Shown here piece by piece: positions 28,201 through 37,954 of a DNA stretch of 61,552 bases. The number at the start of each line of letters is the position of its first letter. Position 1 is the stretch's first letter. The translations under genes were made by a program, and so were the position numbers. The stretch covers positions 1 through 61,552 of IMG/VR virus record IMGVR_UViG_3300027706_000010; one strand, given 5' to 3'. Source of the DNA: a virus (Duplodnaviria; Caudoviricetes). Under the pieces are notes generated by a model, which had not been told where the DNA came from, ran no database searches, and saw nothing but the letters and a program-made list of their open reading frames with translations.

Positions 28201-31153
28201 ATCATCACTGGATGGCGGTGTCACGTGGCAATCGTGCACCAGTGGGCAGCCGATCCCCGGCCTTTTGCCAGGAATGAGCCTGGCAGGGAAATCATTGATG
28301 CTGCGAGAAACGATCACCAATGGCTCCGGGGATGCCACGCAAACGGCAGCGTTTTACGCCTTGCAGGCAACCATTGAGCCATCCTTTGCCGGGTCGCAAA
28401 AAGTTGATATTACGCGCATTGTAACCAGCCAGCAGGACTGGCAAAATGCCACATTGACCAATCTTCTCTGGCAAAATGGCGCACTTGGTCTCAATGGCTA
28501 TTATCTCAATTGGGGCAATGCGCAACTCGGCGGCATGACCATCTTTGGCAGCGCGTCACCATCCGCCGGGATATTCGAAACAGAACTGGTGCTGCACAGT
28601 GGCACGGGCGCGGCCTGTGTCGCGCGGCTCGATAACGCTGGCTCATGGCAAAACTTTATCGCGGAATGTGACGTGTACGTCGGAGTCGGCAATGGCAACT
28701 ATGGCTTTGTCTATCGTACCACGGGCTGGCAGAACAACAACGATACCTATGCCTATAGCGCGTTTGTGAATACGTCCCAGATCGCGCTTGGCAAAGGAAC
28801 CAATAGTAGTAGTGGCGCAGGAGCATTTACGCTCATCCAATCCGCCACGCTCGCGTTGTCCAGCGGCAACTGGCACCGGCTGAAAGTCGTGGTGAATGGC
28901 TCAACGCATCAATTGTACCTGGATGATGTTTTATACATTACGGCAACAGACAGTACCTATACCGGGGCCGGGCAATTTGGCCTGCGCTACTACAACAATA
29001 GTGGTGCCACAGCCGCCGGGAATTTCGGTGATTTCGGCGTGGTGCAAGCGCTTTCTGGCACGCGTATCAGTCCAGCATTTGATCTTTCTTCGGCGAAGAG
29101 CGTGCAGGATTCCTATATTGCCTGGACAGCCAGTACGCCAGGCAGTTCCACGGTCAATGTCGAAGTGAGTACCGATGGCGGCAACACCTGGATTGCCGCA
29201 CTGCCGAATGCGTCGATTTACGGCTATACCGGCCTGCTGGTCCCCGGTCAATCCTTGCAAGGTATGAAACTCCAGACACGGGTTACGCTTACCAGCGCGA
29301 CAGCGACCCAACAGCCAACCATTTCAGGATTGTCCTGGTGGGTGATCGGGACCATGACCGCTGCCGGGTATCGACTGAATCCGCCACTCGCACTAGGGCC
29401 AGTAGGCCGGGTTGGTTCATCGTTGGTAAACTGGACTGCAACCTTGCCGAACGATGACACAACGGTGGGCGTTGATGTTTCGCTCGACGGCGTGAACTGG
29501 ACCGATGTCTCCGGTCTCAACGGACAGCCTATTCCCTTATTTACCGCGCAGCAGGACCCGCCGTTTATTGACACGTTCACAAGCGATAACACAGCCAGTT
29601 ACACCTCCGGGAATATCATCGCGCCCGGAAACTTCGCCGCCCCCTGGTCGGTATTCACACCGGGACGCTACATCGTAGGAACCGGCGGGCAAGGTGCCCT
29701 TCTGGTGATGACCACCCTGCAAGGGGATGGTGAAATCTGGATTGATACCGACTGGTGCGACAATGGCGGAGTCGTGTGGGCATTGAGCGCAGATGCCACC
29801 ACCTGTTACCTCCTGCAAATACAGGACGGGAGCGCCAGCCGAACGCCGAACCGGATGCGTCTTTTCAAGGTGGTGAATGGCGCCTACAGCCAGCTTGGGG
29901 AAGGGGCCGCGCTCTCGTTTACGCGCGGCACGCCAACACGCTTTCAGATTGTGCAACTCAACGGGACTATCACCATTACCGTTCATAGTGCCGCTGCCAA
30001 CCCGGATGGCGCGGTCTATGGTGATCTGGCGCAAACGCTTACGTATACCGATCCATCCCCGCTCCTGCCTGGCAGTGTCGCGCTTTATAGCAATGGAGGC
30101 ACCAATCGCTATTACCAGTTGCGCGTCATGGCCTACGGCCAGGATGTAACGCAGGCAACGCTTTACGCCCGGCTCCGACTGACCACCACTGATCCAACCA
30201 GCACGCCGCAAATTCAGGATTTCGTGATAGCGGTGCGCAGTCCAGCCATTGCCACTGGCGTGCTGATCCCGACTACGACGCACAGCAGCAAATCAGGCAG
30301 CACAAACACAATCGCGCAAAATCTGGATGATTGTGCCCGGCAATCATCGATTACCGATACCTACTGGTGGCGCATTCTGAATGGTGTGCTGTACTTTCAA
30401 CCTCAGACAGCCAGCATGGCGCCCTGGATTGCCACGCCACAACTCATGCTCGCCGCCAATATTACCGTTTCCTACGACGCATCGCTCTACCGCAACGAGC
30501 AGATTGTCATTGGCGGCACGGATATACAAAACAACATCGAGACCTACGTGGCCGATGGCTTCAGCCAGGCATTTACTACCGGCGACCCGATAGAGTCGGT
30601 AACGGCCATCCTGGTTAACGGACAACCGCAAAGCTTCGGTGTCGAAAAGGTGGATACGGGCAAGCAGTGGTACTACCAGATCGGCAAATCCGGTATCACT
30701 CAGGATGCGAATGCCCTGCCACTTCCCCAGGGCACACGTATCCAGATCCAGTATCAAGGGCAGGTTAACGTCATCGCCAAAGCACGCAATAACGGACAGA
30801 TCGCGCTTATGGCCTCAATTGACGGCACAAGTGGCATCGTCACGGTGATTGAGCAAGCCCAGGGCTTGAATAGCGCGGCGGCGCAAACGCTGGCGCAAGC
30901 CAGAATTGCCCAGTACGCAAAACTGGCAAAAACGATCTCATTCACAACCAACAGGCCAGGGCTGCATATGGGACAGGTGCTCACCGTCTTCTTGCCACAG
31001 CATGGGATTCAAAATGAATCATTCCTGGTGACACAGGTGGACTATCAGCCGATCACGGCTTTGATCGGTGGGAGTGTCACCCTGCTGGAGCAATACAAAG
31101 TCACCTGTACAAGCGGTCCCGTTGTAGGTGGCTTTCAACATCTGTTTGGCTGA
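25271..31153 (+). CDS. Large tail/baseplate protein (1960 aa) with lectin-like modules and DFALRAR repeats
   Basis: Follows TMP; T/S/G-rich beta composition; internal WHRLKVVVNG module; hub-like segments. Confidence 0.75.
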   Translation: MTTSLSVYGLNGASATLPGAHTLATATGGTGANISTKVGTATGWGEIQGSSNPWGALGSIGSQSGGGWLLDSTLLEGQELIAGTWGASIRLSTSAGSITATITMRASKYNATSATYTTIGSLTSTSVTINTTLTTFTLSSANLPAMIFATGDKLYIDVWLDVTTNSTGSSTATINCSVSSTTTGLAGRVEMDTAGYQPYRQKDFSLRARIAQAKNFALRARVAQTRNWSLRARVQNAANSRAKDFALRVRIAQSKDFRLRARLAQSKDFKMRARLARAKDFALRAAIQSPGVLATDTFIRVNQSGWGIASDGETWAYIDGSQASSIVSDAGQITRGTGSALFVLGSKTAAAVDLKIRAYITGAAGDRMGVLARLQNTTTYYRMAWEGGGNLKIEKSLADTVTTLASSAYSVTSLQYYWIRAQIYDVASGTQINAKIWQDGTTEPSSWTVTTTDINPLTGAGQFGVYLFTGSSSNVVSVNNFTALSLTNPRDFALRARIGGRGLQDIALRARVGGFPHWKDYALRARMRGLGIRDFALRASLDNAVIALPAYTPGALSVTISGTTYPILEGSLKISEDITGRSTCSFTLLDPTGNVHFRFRQPVIVTHSQRGQLFRGFVDTPQEQNLPPNTANEIQISCIDEHWLADKRAYEGDEFVNQYAGDIATFYAQELAQDGVSQGYAIDHDTTQADFSDGTLSNVVAAANIGSTNIGDGDLELAPAGTALTILEGTLGDFLSGTLTNTQANGLYGPDLNSAGYLSLQVQNGIKLTGSATIAGGGNLYSYVKIWQGSYTIQSGDALSYRVWIASTSPEIKSAVDIVFTDGSTLRDSSCIDQQGIGAHPNNDLSFFASDQWYTRNIPLASLAGKTTAYVTVAFEGDSTGDYAAYFENIQLGSTTIFNGSRLNVSPAQQMQNAGYTNVQVVVQGLFEKTGYRISPAYDLSGVVIARSSLISWQDTTTQTDNGIFALAAKGVTVTVESSLDGGVTWQSCTSGQPIPGLLPGMSLAGKSLMLRETITNGSGDATQTAAFYALQATIEPSFAGSQKVDITRIVTSQQDWQNATLTNLLWQNGALGLNGYYLNWGNAQLGGMTIFGSASPSAGIFETELVLHSGTGAACVARLDNAGSWQNFIAECDVYVGVGNGNYGFVYRTTGWQNNNDTYAYSAFVNTSQIALGKGTNSSSGAGAFTLIQSATLALSSGNWHRLKVVVNGSTHQLYLDDVLYITATDSTYTGAGQFGLRYYNNSGATAAGNFGDFGVVQALSGTRISPAFDLSSAKSVQDSYIAWTASTPGSSTVNVEVSTDGGNTWIAALPNASIYGYTGLLVPGQSLQGMKLQTRVTLTSATATQQPTISGLSWWVIGTMTAAGYRLNPPLALGPVGRVGSSLVNWTATLPNDDTTVGVDVSLDGVNWTDVSGLNGQPIPLFTAQQDPPFIDTFTSDNTASYTSGNIIAPGNFAAPWSVFTPGRYIVGTGGQGALLVMTTLQGDGEIWIDTDWCDNGGVVWALSADATTCYLLQIQDGSASRTPNRMRLFKVVNGAYSQLGEGAALSFTRGTPTRFQIVQLNGTITITVHSAAANPDGAVYGDLAQTLTYTDPSPLLPGSVALYSNGGTNRYYQLRVMAYGQDVTQATLYARLRLTTTDPTSTPQIQDFVIAVRSPAIATGVLIPTTTHSSKSGSTNTIAQNLDDCARQSSITDTYWWRILNGVLYFQPQTASMAPWIATPQLMLAANITVSYDASLYRNEQIVIGGTDIQNNIETYVADGFSQAFTTGDPIESVTAILVNGQPQSFGVEKVDTGKQWYYQIGKSGITQDANALPLPQGTRIQIQYQGQVNVIAKARNNGQIALMASIDGTSGIVTVIEQAQGLNSAAAQTLAQARIAQYAKLAKTISFTTNRPGLHMGQVLTVFLPQHGIQNESFLVTQVDYQPITALIGGSVTLLEQYKVTCTSGPVVGGFQHLFG

Positions 31154-31190
31154 TTGTCTTTTTAGTTTTTGTTGAAAGGAGGTCGCCACT

Positions 31191-31928
31191 TTGAGCGACT
31201 TTACGACATTCACGGTCCAGTACAATACCGGAACCGATGCCAGTCCAAACTGGACAGGCACCGCTATCGCACCGGGCGGCTCAAGCGGAGCAAATGAAAT
31301 CAGGTTCGCGCCAACCGGAGGAGGACAGACAGGTAGTACCTCCTCGGCAAGTTGGCCGCTGGCGACCAAGCCCGGCAGCGGAACGTCCGTCTTTCAAGAG
31401 GCATGGGCGTTTACCACGGATACGTCAGGCAGCAAGACCAATTATACCGGCGACAATACCGTTGGTCTTGTCTTTCGGTTTAGTTGGGATAACCTCGGCA
31501 CGTTTGCCAGCGCGCCACAATTCTCCTGTTTTGACAGTTCGGCGCACAACACCCCCTCGCCCGGCACACAGCCGTCAATTGTCAATGGATCAGCAGATAC
31601 CAGCAACACATCCTACATGAAGGCCAATGCCTACGGACGCGGCGCGGCAGCTTCCGGCAGCGTGCAGGACACACCATCTGCCGGGAGCGCTGGCAGTGCG
31701 CCAACGGCCACCACTGGCACAGCAGGCGCCGTCTCACCGCCGACCACACCTGCCTGGCTCACCACCTGGCAGAGCTTGCAAGGCTGGATGCAATACATTC
31801 AGGATGCCGTGACACCCCAGGCGACCTTTGCCGCGTACTGGTACTTTACGCTGATCCTGTTCTACGGGGCGAACATTTCGGCAAGTACCTATACATTCGT
31901 GCTGACGATGCAGTACACGTATTCATAG
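31191..31928 (+). CDS. Putative tail structural protein
   Basis: AAAGGAGG RBS, TTG start, S/T/G-rich. Confidence 0.55.
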   Translation: MSDFTTFTVQYNTGTDASPNWTGTAIAPGGSSGANEIRFAPTGGGQTGSTSSASWPLATKPGSGTSVFQEAWAFTTDTSGSKTNYTGDNTVGLVFRFSWDNLGTFASAPQFSCFDSSAHNTPSPGTQPSIVNGSADTSNTSYMKANAYGRGAAASGSVQDTPSAGSAGSAPTATTGTAGAVSPPTTPAWLTTWQSLQGWMQYIQDAVTPQATFAAYWYFTLILFYGANISASTYTFVLTMQYTYS

Positions 31929-31939
31929 GAGCTACCTGG

Positions 31940-32482
31940 ATGCTGATCTTTTCACAAAGCGGCTTCCCCATTGGCACGATCCCGCGTGCCGGGGAGCCGT
32001 GCTATTGGGCTTTAAAACGCTCGGATGGCGTGTGGCTCTGCGAATACGATACGGTATCCGATGTGCTCTTCGGGGGCAAACGTCAGCTTGACTGGACGCT
32101 CGATATTGCCTCAACCCGGGACTGGCGCCGTATCAAAGAATTGTGGCTCTTTTGCCCGGCCACCCCCACAAGCCCGGCAGGGAACACGGCATGCTTGCCG
32201 ATCACCACGCCGGGCACGGCATTTCAACTCAAAGTTGCAACGATGGATAGCGTCATCTCTGAATCCATGCGTGCCGTACAGGCACACATCATTGGCCGGG
32301 TGATGGATGAATCTGGTGCCTGCGAGTGCTTCATCTTCGATTATGCCTTGCAAGGAATGCTGGCGAAGTGGACATCAAATATCTATCGTTTCGGAAGTTG
32401 GCGCGACGGGATCGCGCCCCTGGGGGCGCTGGCTCTGCCGGTGTTGGGGATCAATCTGCCGGTGATAACAGGAGGGAGATAA
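31940..32482 (+). CDS. Hypothetical tail-region protein
   Basis: AGGAG RBS. Confidence 0.55.
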   Translation: MLIFSQSGFPIGTIPRAGEPCYWALKRSDGVWLCEYDTVSDVLFGGKRQLDWTLDIASTRDWRRIKELWLFCPATPTSPAGNTACLPITTPGTAFQLKVATMDSVISESMRAVQAHIIGRVMDESGACECFIFDYALQGMLAKWTSNIYRFGSWRDGIAPLGALALPVLGINLPVITGGR

Positions 32483-32553
32483 TGAGACAACAAAAAGGGC
32501 TGCCTGTACGAAACAGGCAGCCCTGTAGGGGGGGGGGGGGGGGGGGGGAACGA

Positions 32554-32766
32554 TCAATGGCTGCCATCAGTTGGCAGGTTGCCATTCAGTTGCTTCACGC
32601 GCCGGTAGGCGTTCTGGCGATGCTTATACATCTTCCCGCCATCTGTCAGGCGACTGTTCCCCTGCTCGTCGAGAAACTGGATATACCATCCGTTTCCATG
32701 CGGTCCAAGTCCTTTATATGCCTTGTAGGTTCCCGGAGTGTGATTGACGAAAATTGTCTCTGCCAT
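32554..32766 (-). CDS. Small antisense moron gene
   Basis: Own RBS AAAGGA, promoter TTGACA-17-TATACG (32848-32820), hairpin at 32497-32525. Confidence 0.6.
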   Translation of the reverse strand: MAETIFVNHTPGTYKAYKGLGPHGNGWYIQFLDEQGNSRLTDGGKMYKHRQNAYRRVKQLNGNLPTDGSH

Positions 32767-32902
32767 GATGGTGGTTCCTTTCTTCTTTTCAAATTGTCAT
32801 CTTTATTGGTGACATTTACCGTATACCTGACATCAATAAAGATGTCAAGAGGTTTAGCGATCAATTTTTGTCAGGCGCAAAAATTGATCGGGGAGGGATA
32901 AC

Positions 32903-35900
32903 ATGGGCTTACCAGGCAACAAGCCGCTTGCCGGTGGGAAAGGATGGTCATTCATTTTCGGGAGTAATTTCCCGCCGAACTACACCACCAACACCATTGA
33001 AAATACGCCTGCCATCCAGAATCTTGTCAAGCAGGCAGGGATCACGTTGCTACGCGTGGCTATTGCTGATGGCGCTGCCGACAGCGAGATCAATGCACGC
33101 GCCAATGCCTGCGCGGCGTGTGGATGCGCCATGCTGGTGATTTTGCCACATAATGACCTCACGTTTAATGAGCATCTTGTCACCCTGCTTGGCTCAAAAT
33201 GCAATCTCTATGAGCTATCAAACGAGCCAGACCTGAACTCCATTACGTGGCAGCAATACCTGTCATACTGGAATAATCAGATCCCGGCGCTGCGCAAGAT
33301 TAATCCGAATGCCGCCTTCGGCGGGCCAGCATTGGGAGCCTTTAGCAATGTTTCGTCGTATCTTGTCCCGTGGCTCAACGGCTGCAAGTCCAGTGGAGTC
33401 ATCCCTGATTTTGTAAGTTATCACGACTATCCGTGCTATCAGATTAGCCAGACAGCCTGCCAGCCAAAGGCACCGAACATCGGCAACGACGGCGCATCAC
33501 TCCGACAGACGGTCATCAACACGCTTGGCTACAGCCTGCCTATCGCCTGTACTGAGTGGAATATCGATCCCACGAGCAGCCCGCCGAGCTACACAACACA
33601 ATCATCATTCGTCACCCCGTGGTTCCACACAGCGCTTGATAGCATGGTGAGCAATAATCTCGATATGGCCTGCCAGTTCGATGCCGGGTCTGGCGACTCC
33701 TACCGAGATATGATCTCGACCTCAAGCTACCAGCCACAGGCCGACTATCAGCCGATGGTAGACAAGATCAAGCAATACCTGGGAACCAATTCCATCCTCA
33801 CGGGGCCTGATACCCCCATCGGCCTCACGCAAGGCACAAAAAATAATGCGGCCATCCCGTCTCAGATGATCTCAGATCTCAAGACAATGGGGATCAGATG
33901 GCTCAGATGGCAGCCCTACGCGAACGCTATCGAGCTAAGCCAGGGACAATATACCTGGGGCAATCTCGACGCGAATGTAAAGGCGTGCAATCAAGCTGGT
34001 ATCAATCTGATGCTGACCGTGCTCTTCCCCCCATCCTGGGGACAGTCTGGCGGCTTCCCGACGCCCCAATGGACGTTGCAATTCGCGCAGGCAATGGCAT
34101 CCAGGTACGACGGAACGCACGGCTTTGGACAAATTCAAGGTATTGAGCTTGGCAACGAGGATTATTCAATCAATGGTGATAATCCCACAGCGCTCGCGGC
34201 CACCATGAATTATTGCTACGATAAGCTCAAACAGCAGTATCCAAATCTCATTGTTGGCCCTGGCTGCTGCCTGCACAGAAATACCAGCACCATTACCAGT
34301 TTCTTTCAAACGCTCTGGAAGAATGCGCCCGCGAAATACGATTACATCAATTTTCATTTTTACTGCCAGAATAACAATTCGAGCGATCCAAGCGTTGGCG
34401 GTTCATCCTTTTCCAGCTTTCCGCAACTGTTGCAGCAGCTTCAGACAGCAGCCCAGAATGCCGGGCACCCCAACTTCCCCATCTGGATTACCGAAAGTGG
34501 CTGGCCTGTGAACTCAAATGGGGGGTTTGCCAGCAATTATGTTGTGAGTCCACAAAATCAGGCAAATTATATCAAATATTGCCTTGATACGCTCAAAGGT
34601 CTCAATCAGCCAGCGAAATATTTTATCTATACGCTCGGTTATGCTGACCAGGGCGCGCCTGCTGTGGGAATAGGGCACTCACTTGGCATGAGTCTCTATC
34701 AGGTCAGTTATTCCGGGAATCCACTGCCAGCCTATACAATGGTTCAGAATTACCCCAAGAATTGGGGTGGAGGTTCTTCGACAGGGACCGGCATTCGAGA
34801 TTATGCCTGCCGGGCCGGGGTGCGCGTGGGAAGTGGCACTTCTCTGCATGATTACGCGCTGCGAGCAGGTATCAAACTACCAGGAAACGAGATTCTACGA
34901 GATTGGACAATGCGCGCCAGCGTATCGGGTGGTGCTTCCATCTTTGATTCATTTCTCCGTGCCGAGGCGCCATCCTGGGGCAATGCCAGCGACGGGGAAA
35001 ACTGGGTACAGGCCGGGGGGAGCGCTACACCGTCGATTGTCAGCGTGGCACCTGCAACGGCGCTGGCAAGCGATACCTTCGCGCGAGCCAACCAATCGGG
35101 ATGGGGCACGGCAAGCGATAGCGAAACGTGGAGCATCAAGGTTGGCCCCGGGACGCTCTCTATTGCCAATAACGAGGGGGTATGTATCTCAACAGGCACG
35201 GACACAGATGTGCAACTGGGCACACACACCACATCCGATTTTGATATCCTCTGCCGTATGGCAATCAACAATTATAACGATATCTGCGGCGTGCAGGCTC
35301 GCTTTACCGTGTCCGGGGGCCAGCCAACATGCTACAAACTGCTCTGGTATACTACCGGCCTGCATATCAACAAAGCTGTCGCAGGCGTCAATACGCAGCT
35401 GGCAACGGCCACCTTCGGGATGAATCCAGGCCAGTTTGCCTGGATGCGCTTCCGGGGCGTTGGCAGCACACTCTATGGACGCGCGTGGCAGGATGGCACA
35501 ACGGAACCAACAACGTGGCAAGTCACGGTACAAGATACGAGCGTGACGGGTCCCGGCGGCTTCGCGCTGCTTGCGAATACAGCATCCGGCTCAAGTGGAG
35601 TAGAGTTCGATCATTTTCAAGCCAGTGCCTATGCGTCGGTGGGGCAGATTACCGGGGCGACGGGGACGAATACCCTCAGACTTGGCACGCAAACGCCAAC
35701 TGATGCCGAGGCTCTGGTACGTGTCTCGTTTACTCAGCCCGGGGATATCGTCGGCCTCACGCTCAGAGATCAGGGCCTCTCTCAATTTGTGCGGCTTCGG
35801 CTCACGGCGTCGCAATTACAGATCTGCCAGCAAACCCCATCCGGTGGCTTTGTCATTCTGTCCAATTACGCGTTTACCCCGGCTTCCGCAACCCCCTACT

Positions 35901-36283
35901 GGCTGAAATTCAGAGTACAGGGAACAAATGTATACGGCAAGATCTGGCAGGACGGAACACCGGAACCTGCTGCCTGGCTGGTGACTGCCACCAGTAGCGC
36001 AGTCTCAGGCGGCGGTCAGGTTGGTCTGTCAGTGGCACTCAGCCAACCATCCGATATTGCGCAATTTGACCATTACAGCGTGACGACAGCCAGCCAGAAT
36101 GCTCCACCACCCCAGACACGCAATCTTGATTTCGCGTGCCGGGCCAACGTACAGGCAAAGTCCACCACGCCGCAGCTTGATTTTACGTGCCGGGCCAATG
36201 TGGCTGATCTTATCAGCGATACAGAGGTTCTGGTCTATGCCGCTCGGCAGGGGCCGATCATTCGCGTATTCCCGAAATCTTAG
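32903..36283 (+). CDS. Tail-associated protein with two clan GH-A glycoside hydrolase domains plus lectin-like modules
   Basis: Acid/base and nucleophile pairs ELSNEPD/IACTEWN and IELGNED/IWITESGW; DYALRA-type repeats. Confidence 0.7.
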   Translation: MGLPGNKPLAGGKGWSFIFGSNFPPNYTTNTIENTPAIQNLVKQAGITLLRVAIADGAADSEINARANACAACGCAMLVILPHNDLTFNEHLVTLLGSKCNLYELSNEPDLNSITWQQYLSYWNNQIPALRKINPNAAFGGPALGAFSNVSSYLVPWLNGCKSSGVIPDFVSYHDYPCYQISQTACQPKAPNIGNDGASLRQTVINTLGYSLPIACTEWNIDPTSSPPSYTTQSSFVTPWFHTALDSMVSNNLDMACQFDAGSGDSYRDMISTSSYQPQADYQPMVDKIKQYLGTNSILTGPDTPIGLTQGTKNNAAIPSQMISDLKTMGIRWLRWQPYANAIELSQGQYTWGNLDANVKACNQAGINLMLTVLFPPSWGQSGGFPTPQWTLQFAQAMASRYDGTHGFGQIQGIELGNEDYSINGDNPTALAATMNYCYDKLKQQYPNLIVGPGCCLHRNTSTITSFFQTLWKNAPAKYDYINFHFYCQNNNSSDPSVGGSSFSSFPQLLQQLQTAAQNAGHPNFPIWITESGWPVNSNGGFASNYVVSPQNQANYIKYCLDTLKGLNQPAKYFIYTLGYADQGAPAVGIGHSLGMSLYQVSYSGNPLPAYTMVQNYPKNWGGGSSTGTGIRDYACRAGVRVGSGTSLHDYALRAGIKLPGNEILRDWTMRASVSGGASIFDSFLRAEAPSWGNASDGENWVQAGGSATPSIVSVAPATALASDTFARANQSGWGTASDSETWSIKVGPGTLSIANNEGVCISTGTDTDVQLGTHTTSDFDILCRMAINNYNDICGVQARFTVSGGQPTCYKLLWYTTGLHINKAVAGVNTQLATATFGMNPGQFAWMRFRGVGSTLYGRAWQDGTTEPTTWQVTVQDTSVTGPGGFALLANTASGSSGVEFDHFQASAYASVGQITGATGTNTLRLGTQTPTDAEALVRVSFTQPGDIVGLTLRDQGLSQFVRLRLTASQLQICQQTPSGGFVILSNYAFTPASATPYWLKFRVQGTNVYGKIWQDGTPEPAAWLVTATSSAVSGGGQVGLSVALSQPSDIAQFDHYSVTTASQNAPPPQTRNLDFACRANVQAKSTTPQLDFTCRANVADLISDTEVLVYAARQGPIIRVFPKS

Positions 36284-36325
36284 CGAAGAAAGAAAGAAAG
36301 AAAAAGAGAAAGCGAGGGATGAACA

Positions 36326-36559
36326 GTGAGTCACTGGCTCCAGGTCGCAACGACGATCTTTGATATTCTCTGGCTTTGTGCCGTGCTGACGCTCCTCTGG
36401 TTTATCTGGCGCTCAAGCGTCAGGCATGTACAACGCATTGAGCAAACGTTGATTGATGTGTCAATGAAAAACGCGGAAATCGCGCAGCGCGCAGCACAGG
36501 CCGCGTTGATGATCGCCGAACGGTATCAGACAGAGCGGCAGCCGAAGAAATCGGGGTAG
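36326..36559 (+). CDS. Single-TM lysis-module membrane protein
   Basis: Hydrophobic N-terminus; upstream of endolysin. Confidence 0.5.
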   Translation: MSHWLQVATTIFDILWLCAVLTLLWFIWRSSVRHVQRIEQTLIDVSMKNAEIAQRAAQAALMIAERYQTERQPKKSG

Positions 36560-36564
36560 GAGCC

Positions 36565-36942
36565 ATGAATCTTGTTAATGTCCTGCCCTATCTTTCGACG
36601 CTCATCACCATCTGCATTGCCATTGGCGGCTTCTTCGCGCTGCGCACTGGCTATAGCAAGCAAGCAAACGAAATACAGGATCGGGTGATTGCCGCGCTGA
36701 AATTGCAAAACGAAGTGCAGGCACGCCAGATTGCCGCGCATGAAAAAGAGATTTCTCATCTGAAACAGATCGTCACCACCATCCAGGTTGCCCTCAAGCG
36801 CCGGGGGCTGCGCATCGAAGTAGACAACGACACGATCACGCTGATAGACGATCACGCACGACGGGCACATACCGTCAAGATCCAGATGACGGCAGGCGAT
36901 AAAGACGACGACAACGACACAACGAAAGGAACAGGACCATGA
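36565..36942 (+). CDS. Holin-like or membrane coiled-coil protein
   Basis: N-terminal TM plus coiled coil; overlaps endolysin start. Confidence 0.5.
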   Translation: MNLVNVLPYLSTLITICIAIGGFFALRTGYSKQANEIQDRVIAALKLQNEVQARQIAAHEKEISHLKQIVTTIQVALKRRGLRIEVDNDTITLIDDHARRAHTVKIQMTAGDKDDDNDTTKGTGP

Positions 36943-37904
36943 CTGACGAAACCGGGGCACTGTGGATTCCCAGTCCAAACTATTGGCAGGGCCGCAACGG
37001 CAATACACCCAGGTGGATTATCCTGCATGGCACCGCCGGGGGCACCAGCGCGCAAAATATCGCTGGCTGGTTCGCACAAAGCACTGCCCAGGTATCGGCG
37101 CATTATGTCGTTGGACAGGATGGCACTATCGTGCAATGTGTACTGGAGCAAGATAGCGCGTGGGCCAATGGCATCATAACCGCCGGTCATGATCCCTGGT
37201 GGTCCAATACGCTTAATCCCAATTTGCTCACGATCAGCATTGAGCATGTTAAGCCGTCAAGCGATAATAGCGACGTGCTCACCACAACGCAGCAACAGGC
37301 CAGTTTCGGGCTTATCAAAGCTATCTGCCAACGCTGGCAGATCCCTGCACGACAAGCTGACGTATCGGGAGGCATCACCGGGCACTTCTCGCTCGATCCC
37401 GTTAATAGAGCACGCTGCCCCGGCACCTATCCCTGGTCCGACCTCTGGCAATTTTTGCAAGGAGAGGATGAAATGTTACAGATTACTGATCCGTTCGCCG
37501 CGAAGTATTTCACGCAAACATCAGCTACTTGTTGGCACTGCCCGGCGACTGGCTGTGATATTCATGATGCGATATTGGATTATTGGAGAAGAACACAGGG
37601 CGCGTTTCGGTTGCCACGCACCAACGAAATCTACGGCGCCATTACCGGCGGGGGAAGCATGCAGATCTTTGAGGCAGGGGTGCTCGTCTACGATCCACAG
37701 GGAAAATTTGATAATCCCGGTCTGGGCATCGTCTACGCCATGCACCTCGACGAAAATACGCCAGGATTACAGCAACTCATGAAACTGGCAGGGGTAAGTG
37801 GAACAGCTACATCAGCGCCAACATCAGCCCCGCCAGTGGCAAGCGTTCTGCCCCAGATCGCTCAGCTTGCACAGCAGATTATCAAGCTGAGCGAGCCATC
37901 ATAA
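36939..37904 (+). CDS. Endolysin, N-acetylmuramoyl-L-alanine amidase (Amidase_2)
   Basis: SPNY, IILHGTAG, VSAHYVVG, ISIEH, GH......CPG. Confidence 0.9.
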   Translation: MTDETGALWIPSPNYWQGRNGNTPRWIILHGTAGGTSAQNIAGWFAQSTAQVSAHYVVGQDGTIVQCVLEQDSAWANGIITAGHDPWWSNTLNPNLLTISIEHVKPSSDNSDVLTTTQQQASFGLIKAICQRWQIPARQADVSGGITGHFSLDPVNRARCPGTYPWSDLWQFLQGEDEMLQITDPFAAKYFTQTSATCWHCPATGCDIHDAILDYWRRTQGAFRLPRTNEIYGAITGGGSMQIFEAGVLVYDPQGKFDNPGLGIVYAMHLDENTPGLQQLMKLAGVSGTATSAPTSAPPVASVLPQIAQLAQQIIKLSEPS

Positions 37905-37946
37905 CAAAAAAGCGTCCGGGTATTGTTACCCGGACGCTTTGCTTTT
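37905..37946. terminator. Bidirectional terminator
   Basis: aaaaaagcgtccgggta-ttgt-tacccggacgcttt between convergent genes. Confidence 0.8.
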
Positions 37947-37954
37947 ATGGGTGA

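Noticed and set aside
25271-36283. Diversity-generating retroelement acting on tail genes
   Set aside because: No reverse transcriptase ORF, and no adenine-specific TR/VR pair noticed
8527-37946. Near-identical hairpins aagcgtccggg...cccggacgctt at 8527 and 37908 as mobile element ends
   Set aside because: Both sit at gene ends with A/T tails and are best read as related terminators
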